Of a stretch of DNA of 64,000 nt, positions 41,554 to 52,245 are shown in pieces. The DNA is taken from NCBI GenBank assembly GCA_963739435.1, contig CAVUAN010000007.1, positions 25,371-89,370 on the forward strand, written 5' to 3'. The position numbers and the translations under genes were made by a program. Each line of letters starts with the position of its first letter. The first letter of the stretch is position 1. The notes under the pieces were generated by a model. That model saw only the letters and a program-made list of their open reading frames with translations, was not told where the DNA came from and did not search any database. This stretch comes from an uncultured Acidobacteriota bacterium. GTDB lineage: Bacteria > Acidobacteriota > Thermoanaerobaculia > UBA5066 > Gp7-AA6.

Positions 41554-41576
41554 CACTTTAGACTCTCGACCTGGTC

Positions 41577-42434
41577 ATGACTAACCGCTGGAACTTTCCG
41601 GATCTCGGCGTCGGCGTCGGCCTGCGCACGGTCCACTACCCGCACATCCTCGAGAAGAAGCCGCGGGTCGACTTCTTCGAGATCCTCTCCGAGAACTACA
41701 TGAACACGGGCGGCCGGCCCCTCTGGGTTCTCGACCAGGTCGCCGAGCGCTACCCGATCGTGATGCACGGGGTCTCGCTCTCGATTGGCAGCGTCGACCC
41801 GCTGAACAAGGAACACCTTTCGAAGCTGAAGAAGCTCGCCGCGCGCACGAAGGCGCTCTGGGTCTCCGACCATCTCTGCTGGACGGGTGTCGCAGGCCGG
41901 AACACGCACGACCTCCTGCCGATGCCCCTGTCGGAGGAGGCCCTCGAGCATGTCGTCGCGCGGGTCAAGACGGTCTCCGACTACCTCGAGCGGCCCCTGA
42001 TCCTCGAGAACGCCTCGACATACGCCGAGTTCACGACCTCGAGCATGACCGAATGGGATTTCTTCGCGCGCCTCATGAAGGAGGCCGACTGCGGAATGCT
42101 GCTCGACGTCAACAACGTGTACGTCAGCTCCTACAACCACGGCTTCGATCCGATCGCATACCTCGATGCCGTGCCTCCGGACCGTGTCGTGCAGTACCAC
42201 CTCGCCGGCCACACCAACAAGGGCACCCACATCATCGATACGCACAACAACTTCGTGATCGACGAGGTCTGGAAGCTCTATGCCCACTCGGTCAAGCGCA
42301 CGGGCAACGTGGCGACGCTGCTCGAGTGGGACGCCGACATTCCCGACTTCGAAGTGGTCCACGCCGAGGCGCTGAAAGCCCGCGCGTACCGCGACGAGAA
42401 GGCAAAGCCGCTCCGTGCCGCAAAAAGCGCCTGA
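41577..42434 (+). CDS. bufB: DUF692/MbnB-like multinuclear non-heme iron oxidase (MNIO)
   Basis: 285 aa with family segments [35 protein letters not shown] and YHLAGHTN. Confidence 0.8.
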   Translation: MTNRWNFPDLGVGVGLRTVHYPHILEKKPRVDFFEILSENYMNTGGRPLWVLDQVAERYPIVMHGVSLSIGSVDPLNKEHLSKLKKLAARTKALWVSDHLCWTGVAGRNTHDLLPMPLSEEALEHVVARVKTVSDYLERPLILENASTYAEFTTSSMTEWDFFARLMKEADCGMLLDVNNVYVSSYNHGFDPIAYLDAVPPDRVVQYHLAGHTNKGTHIIDTHNNFVIDEVWKLYAHSVKRTGNVATLLEWDADIPDFEVVHAEALKARAYRDEKAKPLRAAKSA

Positions 42435-43272
42435 CTCGAACGTGAGGCGGCTGCCCCTGGGCCACCTCCAGCACTGGATGCAGGCGGTCGTCGAGACGCC
42501 CGGCCCGGCCGAAGATGCCGTCGCTGCCCCCGCTGCCGCGAAAATCGTCCCGCCCGACCGCGTGGGCGACGTCGTGCTCGCGTCGAAGACGCTGACGCCG
42601 GTCGAGCGCGTGGGTGTCTACCAGGGCATGTACATCATGCGGATGGTCGAGGCCCTGCAAGGCGACTACCCGGCCGTGTCGCACTTCCTGGGCGACCACC
42701 AGCTCGAGCACGTCGTCGAGGACTACGCCGCGGCGCATCCTTCCGTGAGCTACAGCTTCAATCCCTTCGGCCGGCATTTCCCCAAGTTCCTGCGCACCTC
42801 CTCGCGCATCCGCCGCAAGGCCTTCCTCTACGACCTCGCGCGCCTCGAGCTGGCCGTGACGGAAGTCTTCGACGCGCCCGAGTCCCCAAAGCTCTCGCCG
42901 GAGGACGTCGCGAAGATCCCCGAGTCCGCATGGCCGAAAGCGCGCCTGAAGCCGATCGAGGCCTTCCGCGTCCTCAGCTTCGACCACAACGTCAACGCCT
43001 ACCTCCAGTCGGTCAAGGAAGGCTCGGAGGACCACCCCGAGATCCGCCGGAAGCAGTCCTGGGTTGTCGTCTGGCGCAAGAACTACGAAGTCTGGCGCCT
43101 CGACCTCGGCCGCCCCGCCTTCGATTTCCTAAACGCCCTCTCCAAGGGCCGCCCCTTCGGCAAGGCAGTCTCAGAGTCCGCCCGCAAACTCCAGGGCAGC
43201 GCAGGCGAACAACTCTTCCGCTGGCTAAGAGCCTGGGTCGGGGAAGGCATGTTCCAGTCCGTCGAGCTCTAG
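42075..43272 (+). repeat. Direct repeat copy A (3' 360 nt of bufB plus all of bufC)
   Basis: Repeated at offset +1961 (44036-45236). The copies are near-identical at the 5' side and diverge toward the 3' end. Confidence 0.9.
42415..43272 (+). CDS. bufC: DUF2063 partner protein (BufC-like)
   Basis: Overlaps bufB by 20 nt. Contains [21 protein letters not shown]...[19 protein letters not shown], typical of DUF2063. An alternative GTG start lies near 42442. Confidence 0.75.
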   Translation: MPQKAPDSNVRRLPLGHLQHWMQAVVETPGPAEDAVAAPAAAKIVPPDRVGDVVLASKTLTPVERVGVYQGMYIMRMVEALQGDYPAVSHFLGDHQLEHVVEDYAAAHPSVSYSFNPFGRHFPKFLRTSSRIRRKAFLYDLARLELAVTEVFDAPESPKLSPEDVAKIPESAWPKARLKPIEAFRVLSFDHNVNAYLQSVKEGSEDHPEIRRKQSWVVVWRKNYEVWRLDLGRPAFDFLNALSKGRPFGKAVSESARKLQGSAGEQLFRWLRAWVGEGMFQSVEL

Positions 43273-43276
43273 GTCT

Positions 43277-43310
43277 CCCTCTCCCCCCGGGAGAGGGCAG
43301 GGGTGAGGGG
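43277..43310 (+). repeat. REP-like element, copy 3 (2 mismatches to the 61-94 core)
   Basis: CCCTCTCCCCCCGGGAGAGGGCAGGGGTGAGGGG, starting 5 nt after the bufC stop. Confidence 0.8.
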
Positions 43311-43362
43311 GAATCTGACGCCTTGCCTCACATTGATGGTAGAATGCCATCGGAGTGATGCA

Positions 43363-43602
43363 ATGCCCAAGACGCTCACGGTCCGAATGGACGATGCGAC
43401 CTACAGCCTGATCGCCGAAGCGGCCGAGGCCGACAACCGGTCCGTTTCGAACTTCATCGAGACGGCGGCTCGCGAGAAAGCCATGGCGGAGGCTTTCGTC
43501 CCAGATGAGGAGATGGTTGACATTCGGGCAGACCGGGCGCTCGTGAGGAGCCTCAAGCGCGGGCACCAGGACGCCGCGAAGCGGCGCGGCCGGTTTGTCT
43601 GA
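43363..43602 (+). CDS. Ribbon-helix-helix (CopG-like) antitoxin
   Basis: 79 aa. MPKTLTVRMDDATYSLIAEAAEADNRSVSNFIETAAREK shows the RHH pattern. An extended -10 (TGGTAGAAT) lies about 20 nt upstream, and the gene overlaps the toxin gene by 8 nt. Confidence 0.75.
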   Translation: MPKTLTVRMDDATYSLIAEAAEADNRSVSNFIETAAREKAMAEAFVPDEEMVDIRADRALVRSLKRGHQDAAKRRGRFV

Positions 43603-43876
43603 GTACCGGCTCTTCGAGACCGAAAACTTCCAGCGCGACCTGGCCCGCCTCGGCCCGACAGCGGCAAAACGGATTCGGACAAGGCTGCAGGATCGCGCGT
43701 ACCCGGCTCTGCGCGCGGCGCCCAGGCAGGTTCCGTCCGCCGCCCGTTTGAAAGACTGGGACCCGCCTACCTGGCGTCTCCGTATCGGCTCCTACAGGCT
43801 CTTCTACAGGATCGACGATGAGGAGCGCGTGGTCTGGCTCATCAGCGTCTCCGACCGCAAGGACGCCTACAGGTAG
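43595..43876 (+). CDS. RelE/ParE-family toxin
   Basis: 93 aa. Sequence ...WRLRIGSYRLFYRIDDEERVVWLISVSDRKDAY is typical of RelE/ParE. Confidence 0.8.
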   Translation: MSEYRLFETENFQRDLARLGPTAAKRIRTRLQDRAYPALRAAPRQVPSAARLKDWDPPTWRLRIGSYRLFYRIDDEERVVWLISVSDRKDAYR

Positions 43877-44035
43877 GTGTCTCGGGTCCGACTTTCGGGT
43901 AAAGCCGGGTCGCGTTAGCAACGTGATGACCGAGATCCAAGAGAACGGGGCGCTAGTGCGCCACATCGACCGTTGCGCCACCGTTGCGCCACAGGCTTGG
44001 TCATAGTATATAATATAGACCTGACCCCGACCAAC

Positions 44036-44395
44036 ATGAAGGAGGCCGACTGCGGAATGCTGCTCGACGTCAACAACGTGTACGTCAGCTCCTACAACCA
44101 TGACTTCGATCCGATCGCATACCTCGATGCCGTGCCTCCGGACCGTGTCGTGCAGTACCACCTCGCCGGCCACACCAACAAGGGCACCCACATCATTGAT
44201 ACGCACAACAACTTCGTGATCGACGAGGTCTGGAAGCTCTATGCCCACTCGGTCAAGCGCACGGGCAACGTGGCGACGCTGCTCGAGTGGGACGCCGACA
44301 TTCCCGACTTCGAAGTGGTCCACGCCGAGGCGCTGAAAGCCCGCGCGTACCGCGACGAGAAGGCAAAGCCGCTCCGTGCCGCAAAAAGCGCCTGA
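44036..44395 (+). pseudogene. 5'-truncated DUF692/bufB copy (C-terminal 119 codons only)
   Basis: Corresponds to bufB residues 167-285 with one substitution (G to D). Homology begins exactly at an internal ATG. The N-terminal 166 residues are absent. Confidence 0.85.
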
Positions 44396-45236
44396 CTCGA
44401 ACGTGAGGCGGCTGCCCCTGGGCCACCTCCAGCACTGGATGCAGGCGGTCGTCGAGACGCCCGGCCCGGCCGAAGATGCCGTCGCTGCCCCCGCTGCCGC
44501 GAAAATCGTCCCGCCCGACCGCGTGGGCGACGTCGTGCTCGCGTCGAAGACGCTGACGCCGGTCGAGCGCGTGGGTGTCTACCAGGGCATGTACATCATG
44601 CGGATGGTCGAGGCCCTGCAAGGCGACTACCCGGCCGTGTCGCACTTCCTGGGCGACCACCAGCTCGAGCACGTCGTCGAGGACTACGCCGCGGCGCATC
44701 CTTCCGTGAGCTACAGCTTCAATCCCTTCGGCCGGCATTTCCCCAAGTTCCTGCGCACCTCCTCGCGGATCCGCCGCAAGGCCTTCCTCTACGACCTCGC
44801 GCGCCTCGAGCTGGCCGTGACGGAAGTCTTCGACGCGCCCGAGTCCCCAAAGCTCTCGCCGGAGGACGTCGCGAAGATCCCCGAGTCCGCCTGGCCGAAA
44901 GCGCGCCTGAAGCCGATCGAGGCCTTCCGCGTCCTCAGCTTCGATCACAACGTCAACGCCTACCTTCAGTCGGTCAAAGAAGGCTCGGAGGACCATCCCG
45001 AGATCCGCCGAAAGAAGACTTGGGTAGCTATCTGGCGCAAGAACTACGAAGTCTGGCGCCTCGACCTAGGCGGCCCCGCCTTCGACTTCCTCCAAGCTCT
45101 CTCGAAGGGCCGTCCCTTCGGCAAAGCCGTCTCAGAATCCGCCCGCAAACTCCAGGGCAACCCCGGCGAGCAACTCTTCCGCTGGCTAAGAGCCTGGGTC
45201 TCCGAAGGAATGTTCCAGGCCGTCGAGAAAGGGTAG
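44376..45236 (+). CDS. Second DUF2063 (BufC-like) copy, full length
   Basis: 286 aa, identical to copy 1 through residue 213. After that there are 11 substitutions plus 1 extra residue in the tail. Confidence 0.8.
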   Translation: MPQKAPDSNVRRLPLGHLQHWMQAVVETPGPAEDAVAAPAAAKIVPPDRVGDVVLASKTLTPVERVGVYQGMYIMRMVEALQGDYPAVSHFLGDHQLEHVVEDYAAAHPSVSYSFNPFGRHFPKFLRTSSRIRRKAFLYDLARLELAVTEVFDAPESPKLSPEDVAKIPESAWPKARLKPIEAFRVLSFDHNVNAYLQSVKEGSEDHPEIRRKKTWVAIWRKNYEVWRLDLGGPAFDFLQALSKGRPFGKAVSESARKLQGNPGEQLFRWLRAWVSEGMFQAVEKG

Positions 45237-45242
45237 GCGGGC

Positions 45243-46349
45243 CTACTGCTCCTGGAAGTACCCGTGGAGGTCTCGTAGCGCTTGCTTGTCGATCTGCCGG
45301 CGCCGCAGCGACTCGCGCAGGAGCGACAACGCCGCGATCCCCTCCGGCACCATCTTCTCCTCGTCGATGATCGGCAGAGCAGCTCGGATCTCCCACTCGC
45401 CTTGGGCCTCCTGGCCTGCTTCCAGCAAGAGATCGGCGACCACGAGGTGGAGCGCAGCCAGATCGCCGCGTAGGCCGATTTCGCGAGCTTCTGCCTGCGC
45501 TTGGCGGTAAGCATCGAGTGCAGCCACTCGCTTGCCTTGCTTTCGGAGGAGATCGCCGATGCTCCACTGGAGCTTGGCAAAACCGATACGGTCGTTCAGC
45601 TGCTTTTGTAGGGGGAGGGCTTTCTTCGCAAAGTGAAGCGCGTTCTTCTCATCGCCAAGGATCGCGTAGTAACGGACGAGGTTGTTCGCCGCCTGCGCTA
45701 CAAGGCGCGTGATTCCAAGGCTCTCAGCCTCTCGGCAAATGGCCGTGAATACCTCGATCGCCTTTTCGAGCTGTCCCAACTCACAATAGACGATGCCCTG
45801 AAGGAAACGGCATTTGAGTGCGTCTTCGCGCATGTCGAGTTGCTCAAAGGTCTCTACCCACATCGGCGATAGCTCGAGGACCTCTTCCAGCTGTCTTTCC
45901 TCGAGGAGCAACGCAAGACGCTGATAGCCAACCCGCGCCCAATGAGCATTCGCGTTCTGGACGAGGGAGAAGCTCGCCTCTGCACGCTGGAGCCAGATCT
46001 TTGCGTCCTGGATCCGAAAGAGAAATCGGCTAGACGCCGCAGCAAGCAGGGCCAGCTCACCCAGAAAATACTCTCGCTCGTCGTGGAGGCCGATGGATCG
46101 CTTCGGCTCACGGAGAAAGCCAAAAAAGAAAGCGGCTTCATCGCGGACGGAAGTGGGGTCCGCTTCTAGGCGGGAGCGAAGAATCTCGCACACGCACAAG
46201 AGCAACTCGGGATCCTCGAGATGGAGCTCTTGAGTCTTTCCTGTTCGCTCAGGGAGCGGGATCGAAAGGGCTCTCTCGGCGGCGGCACGGCTCTCCTCGT
46301 AGTGGAGATACTTCGGTCGCCAAGGAAACTGGACGACGTTGCTGCTCAA
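45243..46349 (-). CDS. TPR-repeat protein (368 aa) in a lower-GC island
   Basis: Repeated A/L/Y-rich helix pairs (e.g. LQGIVYCELGQLEKAIEVFTAICREAE, NNLVRYYAILGDEKNALHFAKKAL). GC is visibly lower than in the flanks. Confidence 0.65.
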   Translation of the reverse strand: MSSNVVQFPWRPKYLHYEESRAAAERALSIPLPERTGKTQELHLEDPELLLCVCEILRSRLEADPTSVRDEAAFFFGFLREPKRSIGLHDEREYFLGELALLAAASSRFLFRIQDAKIWLQRAEASFSLVQNANAHWARVGYQRLALLLEERQLEEVLELSPMWVETFEQLDMREDALKCRFLQGIVYCELGQLEKAIEVFTAICREAESLGITRLVAQAANNLVRYYAILGDEKNALHFAKKALPLQKQLNDRIGFAKLQWSIGDLLRKQGKRVAALDAYRQAQAEAREIGLRGDLAALHLVVADLLLEAGQEAQGEWEIRAALPIIDEEKMVPEGIAALSLLRESLRRRQIDKQALRDLHGYFQEQ

Positions 46350-46717
46350 GTGTCGCGTTCCTTATCCCGTTTCTCTAGGTTCTCAAGAAGCTCCCTCGCA
46401 ATGACCTCTGGACCCAGTGCTAGGGATCGTTCGCGAACGTCCGGAGTCGAAACAAGTTCATCGAACTGAGCGGAGGAATACACATGGCCCGCGCGACAAG
46501 CCATCATGATCAAATCGGGGCGGAGCGTGCTTACGGGTCTTGCGCTGCCTGGTCGGCGCGCATACCGGCGGAACCAGTCTAGGAGTCCCTGCTCAACCTT
46601 GGTGGCGTCCTCACGGGGCACACCGTAGAGCGATAAGAGAGCCGTGTCGATAGTCTCCAGCGCCCGTGCAAAAACTAGCGCGATCTCTTCGTCACGGTTC
46701 ACGGGCCGGCTCGACAT
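46346..46717 (-). CDS. Hypothetical protein (123 aa), possibly sigma-factor region-2-like
   Basis: 4-nt overlap with the TPR gene. The segment REDATKVEQGLLDWFRRYARR weakly resembles ECF sigma region 2. No region 4 is present. Confidence 0.45.
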   Translation of the reverse strand: MSSRPVNRDEEIALVFARALETIDTALLSLYGVPREDATKVEQGLLDWFRRYARRPGSARPVSTLRPDLIMMACRAGHVYSSAQFDELVSTPDVRERSLALGPEVIARELLENLEKRDKERDT

Positions 46718-46817
46718 GCAAACTTTTTAGACCTCGGAAGAAGAGTAAGGATACACCCGCTTCCATTCAGCGATGCAGAAACCGTTCGAGCCCTCACAGG
46801 ACAAAGGGTTTAGTTTA

Positions 46818-46943
46818 TTAGCCAGGGATTTGGCTGGCGATCTTGATCGTGAACGGCTTAGTCCGCGGCGCCGGTTGGGGCTGCGGTTGGGCCGTCTCGA
46901 TCTTTTGGGGCTCGATCCGGGCGGACTGCGTGGTCGGGGGCAT
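46818..46943 (-). CDS. Possible small ORF (41 aa, MPPTTQSARIEPQKIETAQPQPQPAPRTKPFTIKIASQIPG)
   Basis: Not in the ORF track because it is under 60 aa. A strong SD AAAGGAGA lies 6 nt before ATG 46943, and the ORF ends in tandem TAA TAA. It has the same orientation as the 123-aa/TPR pair and lies about 100 nt upstream of it. Confidence 0.3.
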   Translation of the reverse strand: MPPTTQSARIEPQKIETAQPQPQPAPRTKPFTIKIASQIPG

Positions 46944-47059
46944 GACGAATCTCCTTTCACCAAAACAGAAAGCTCGCGCCTGCGAGTAAGTTGAATCGAT
47001 CCAAACTATACGCCCGTTGAACGGGACGGTGTCAAGATGCGCTGGCAGGTGGAGGCTCC

Positions 47060-49022
47060 TTGGCCGAAGTGACTGATTTGACAGGGGAAAGGCGTCTGGA
47101 ATGGCTGGAGGCGGACGGCCTGGGAGGCTTTTCCTCCGGGACCGCGTCCGGAGCCCGGACGCGGCGTTACCACGCGCTGCTCCTGACGGCGACAGAACCG
47201 CCGACGGGGCGCTTCGTTCTCGTCAACGGGTTCGAGGCGTGGGTCGAGACACCGGAGGGCCGCTTCGCTATTTCTACGCAGCGCTACGTCCCCGATGTCA
47301 CGTATCCAGACGGCGCAAAGCGCATCGCGAGCTTCACGACATCGCCGTGGCCGCGCTGGACGTTTACGTTGGAGGACGGCACGTCGATCGAGCAGGAGAT
47401 CTTCGTGCCGCACGACATTTCCGCCTGCGTCGTGACGTGGCGGCTCAAATCCAGAATCGAGAATCCAAAAGCCAAGGTCTCTCTGTTCGTTCGCCCCCTC
47501 CTCTCCGGTCGCGACTACCACGCCCTGCACCACGAGAACGCGTCGTTCCGCATGGAGGCCGAGGATCTCGGCGGCCCTCTTCGCTTCCGCCCCTACGACA
47601 GCGTGCCCGGTGTCGTCGTTCGCTGCAACGCGACCGCCTACGATCACGACCCGAAGTGGTACCGCAGCTTTCTGTACGAGGAAGAGCAGGCGCGCGGCCT
47701 CGACTTCTCGGAGGACCTCGCCTCGCCCGGCACGTTTCGATTCGATTTGACCAGGGAAGAAGCAGTCTGGACGCTTTCTGCCGAGGGGCACGAGAGCTCT
47801 TTCGGCCCGGGCGATGCACCGACCTTCGTGAAGGCGCTGCGCGCCGCGGAGATCGCGCGGCGCGGGCGCTTCGCCGATCGCCTCGAGCGCGCTGGCGACG
47901 CGTATCTCGCGCGGCGCGGCGAGGGCAAGACGATCCTGGCCGGCTATCCGTGGTTCAGCGACTGGGGTCGCGACACGTTCATCTCGCTGCGGGGCTTGTG
48001 TCTCGCCACGGGACGCCTGGAGGAAGCCGGCCAGATCCTCCTCGAATGGGCGGGCGCGGTCTCGCAGGGGATGTTGCCGAATCGTTTTCCGGATCGCGGG
48101 CAGGAGCCGGAGTTCAATGCCGTCGACGCGTCGCTCTGGTTCATCGTCGCCGTCCACGAATGGCGCGAGGCCATGCACGCCGAGCGCCGTACTGTTCCGC
48201 TCGAAGACGGCAAGCGCCTCGACGCCGCTGTCCACGCCATCCTGACCGGCTACACCTCGGGCACGCGCTTCCGCATCCGCGCCGACGTGGACGGTCTGCT
48301 CTTCGCGGGAGAGCCCGGTGTGCAGCTCACGTGGATGGACGCGAAAGTCGGAGATTGGGTCGTCACGCCGCGCATCGGTAAGCCCGTCGAAGTCCAGGCC
48401 CTGTGGTTGAACGCCCTGAAGATCGGCGGGCTACGGACCTTCCGCTGGAATGCTCTCTTCGAGCACGGCCTGTCCACATTCCGCCGGCGCTTCTGGAACG
48501 AGGAGGGCGGCTATCTCTATGACGTCGTCGACCCCGACCGCCGGGAGGGCGAGGCCGATCCGACCTTCCGGCCCAACCAGATCTTCGCGGTCGGCGGTCT
48601 GCCGTTCCCGCTGCTGGAGGCCGCGGCGGCACGCCGTGTCGTCGATGCGGTGGAGGAGAAGCTGTGGACGCCGCTCGGCCTGCGAACGCTGGCGCCCGGC
48701 CATCCGGACTACCATGCGCGCTATGCGGGGGGTGTGCTCGATCGGGACGGCGCCTATCACCAGGGCACGGCCTGGCCGTGGCTCCTGGGTCCCTTTGTCG
48801 AGGCGTGGGTTCGCGTCCGGAGCGGCACGTCGAAGGCAAAGCGGGAGGCGCGGCAGAAGTTCCTGGAGCCGCTCCTCACGCATCTCGACGAGGCCGGCAT
48901 CGGCCACCTGCCCGAGGTCGCCGACGGGGACCCGCCGCATCGCCCGGGCGGCTGCCCGTTCCAGGCCTGGTCGGTGGGTGAGGCCTTGAGGCTCGATCGC
49001 GTGGTCCTTTCGGAGCCGAACC

Positions 49023-49033
<11 letters not shown>
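47060..49033 (+). CDS. Glycogen debranching enzyme (amylo-alpha-1,6-glucosidase, GDE_C type)
   Basis: 657 aa, intact. Contains [13 protein letters not shown]...[23 protein letters not shown] and [15 protein letters not shown]. Confidence 0.8.
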
Positions 49034-51750
<2,717 letters not shown>

Positions 51751-51772
51751 TCGAGAGGCGGAGGAGACGACG

Positions 51773-52237
51773 ATGACGGGACTCGCAAAGCTTCGGCAGC
51801 TCATTCATGGGGTGGGAGATCGACTGAAGTGGCTGCCGCCGACTGTGGCGCGGCTGACGCTCGGGTGGGTCTTCTTTCAGAGCGGGTGGGGCAAGCTGCA
51901 CAACCTGCCGAAGGTGATCGACTACTTCGCCTCGCTGGGAGTTCCCGCGCCGCAGATCGCTGCTCCGTTCTCTGCCTCCATGGAGTTTCTTTGCGGCTCG
52001 CTGCTGCTGGCGGGCCTCGCGACGAGGCTCGCGAGCCTGCCGCTCATCGCCATCATGGCCGTGGCGCTCTGGACGGCCAAGCGGGCCGACATCGCGAGCC
52101 TTACGGACCTTTTCGGCCAGGAGGAATACCTCTACATCGCCCTGCTGCTCTGGCTCGGGGCCTATGGCGGCGGCCCGATTTCGCTCGATCGCCTCCTCAA
52201 CAAGCGGATCGACGCGGCCGGCAAGTCGTCCGGGTAG
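51773..52237 (+). CDS. DoxX-family membrane protein
   Basis: 154 aa with four TM segments and the DoxX pattern RLTLGWVFFQSGWGKL. Confidence 0.75.
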   Translation: MTGLAKLRQLIHGVGDRLKWLPPTVARLTLGWVFFQSGWGKLHNLPKVIDYFASLGVPAPQIAAPFSASMEFLCGSLLLAGLATRLASLPLIAIMAVALWTAKRADIASLTDLFGQEEYLYIALLLWLGAYGGGPISLDRLLNKRIDAAGKSSG

Positions 52238-52245
52238 TCGACCGG

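Larger units (their letters stand above)
44036..45236 (+). repeat. Direct repeat copy B
   Basis: See copy A. It starts abruptly after an AT-rich 20-mer (44003-44022). Confidence 0.9.

Noticed and set aside
51773-52237. DoxX gene as the missing fourth gene (bufD-like) of the bufferin cluster
   Set aside because: It lies 8.5 kb from bufC, separated by unrelated carbohydrate genes, and sits in a different transcription unit. There is no evidence of linkage.
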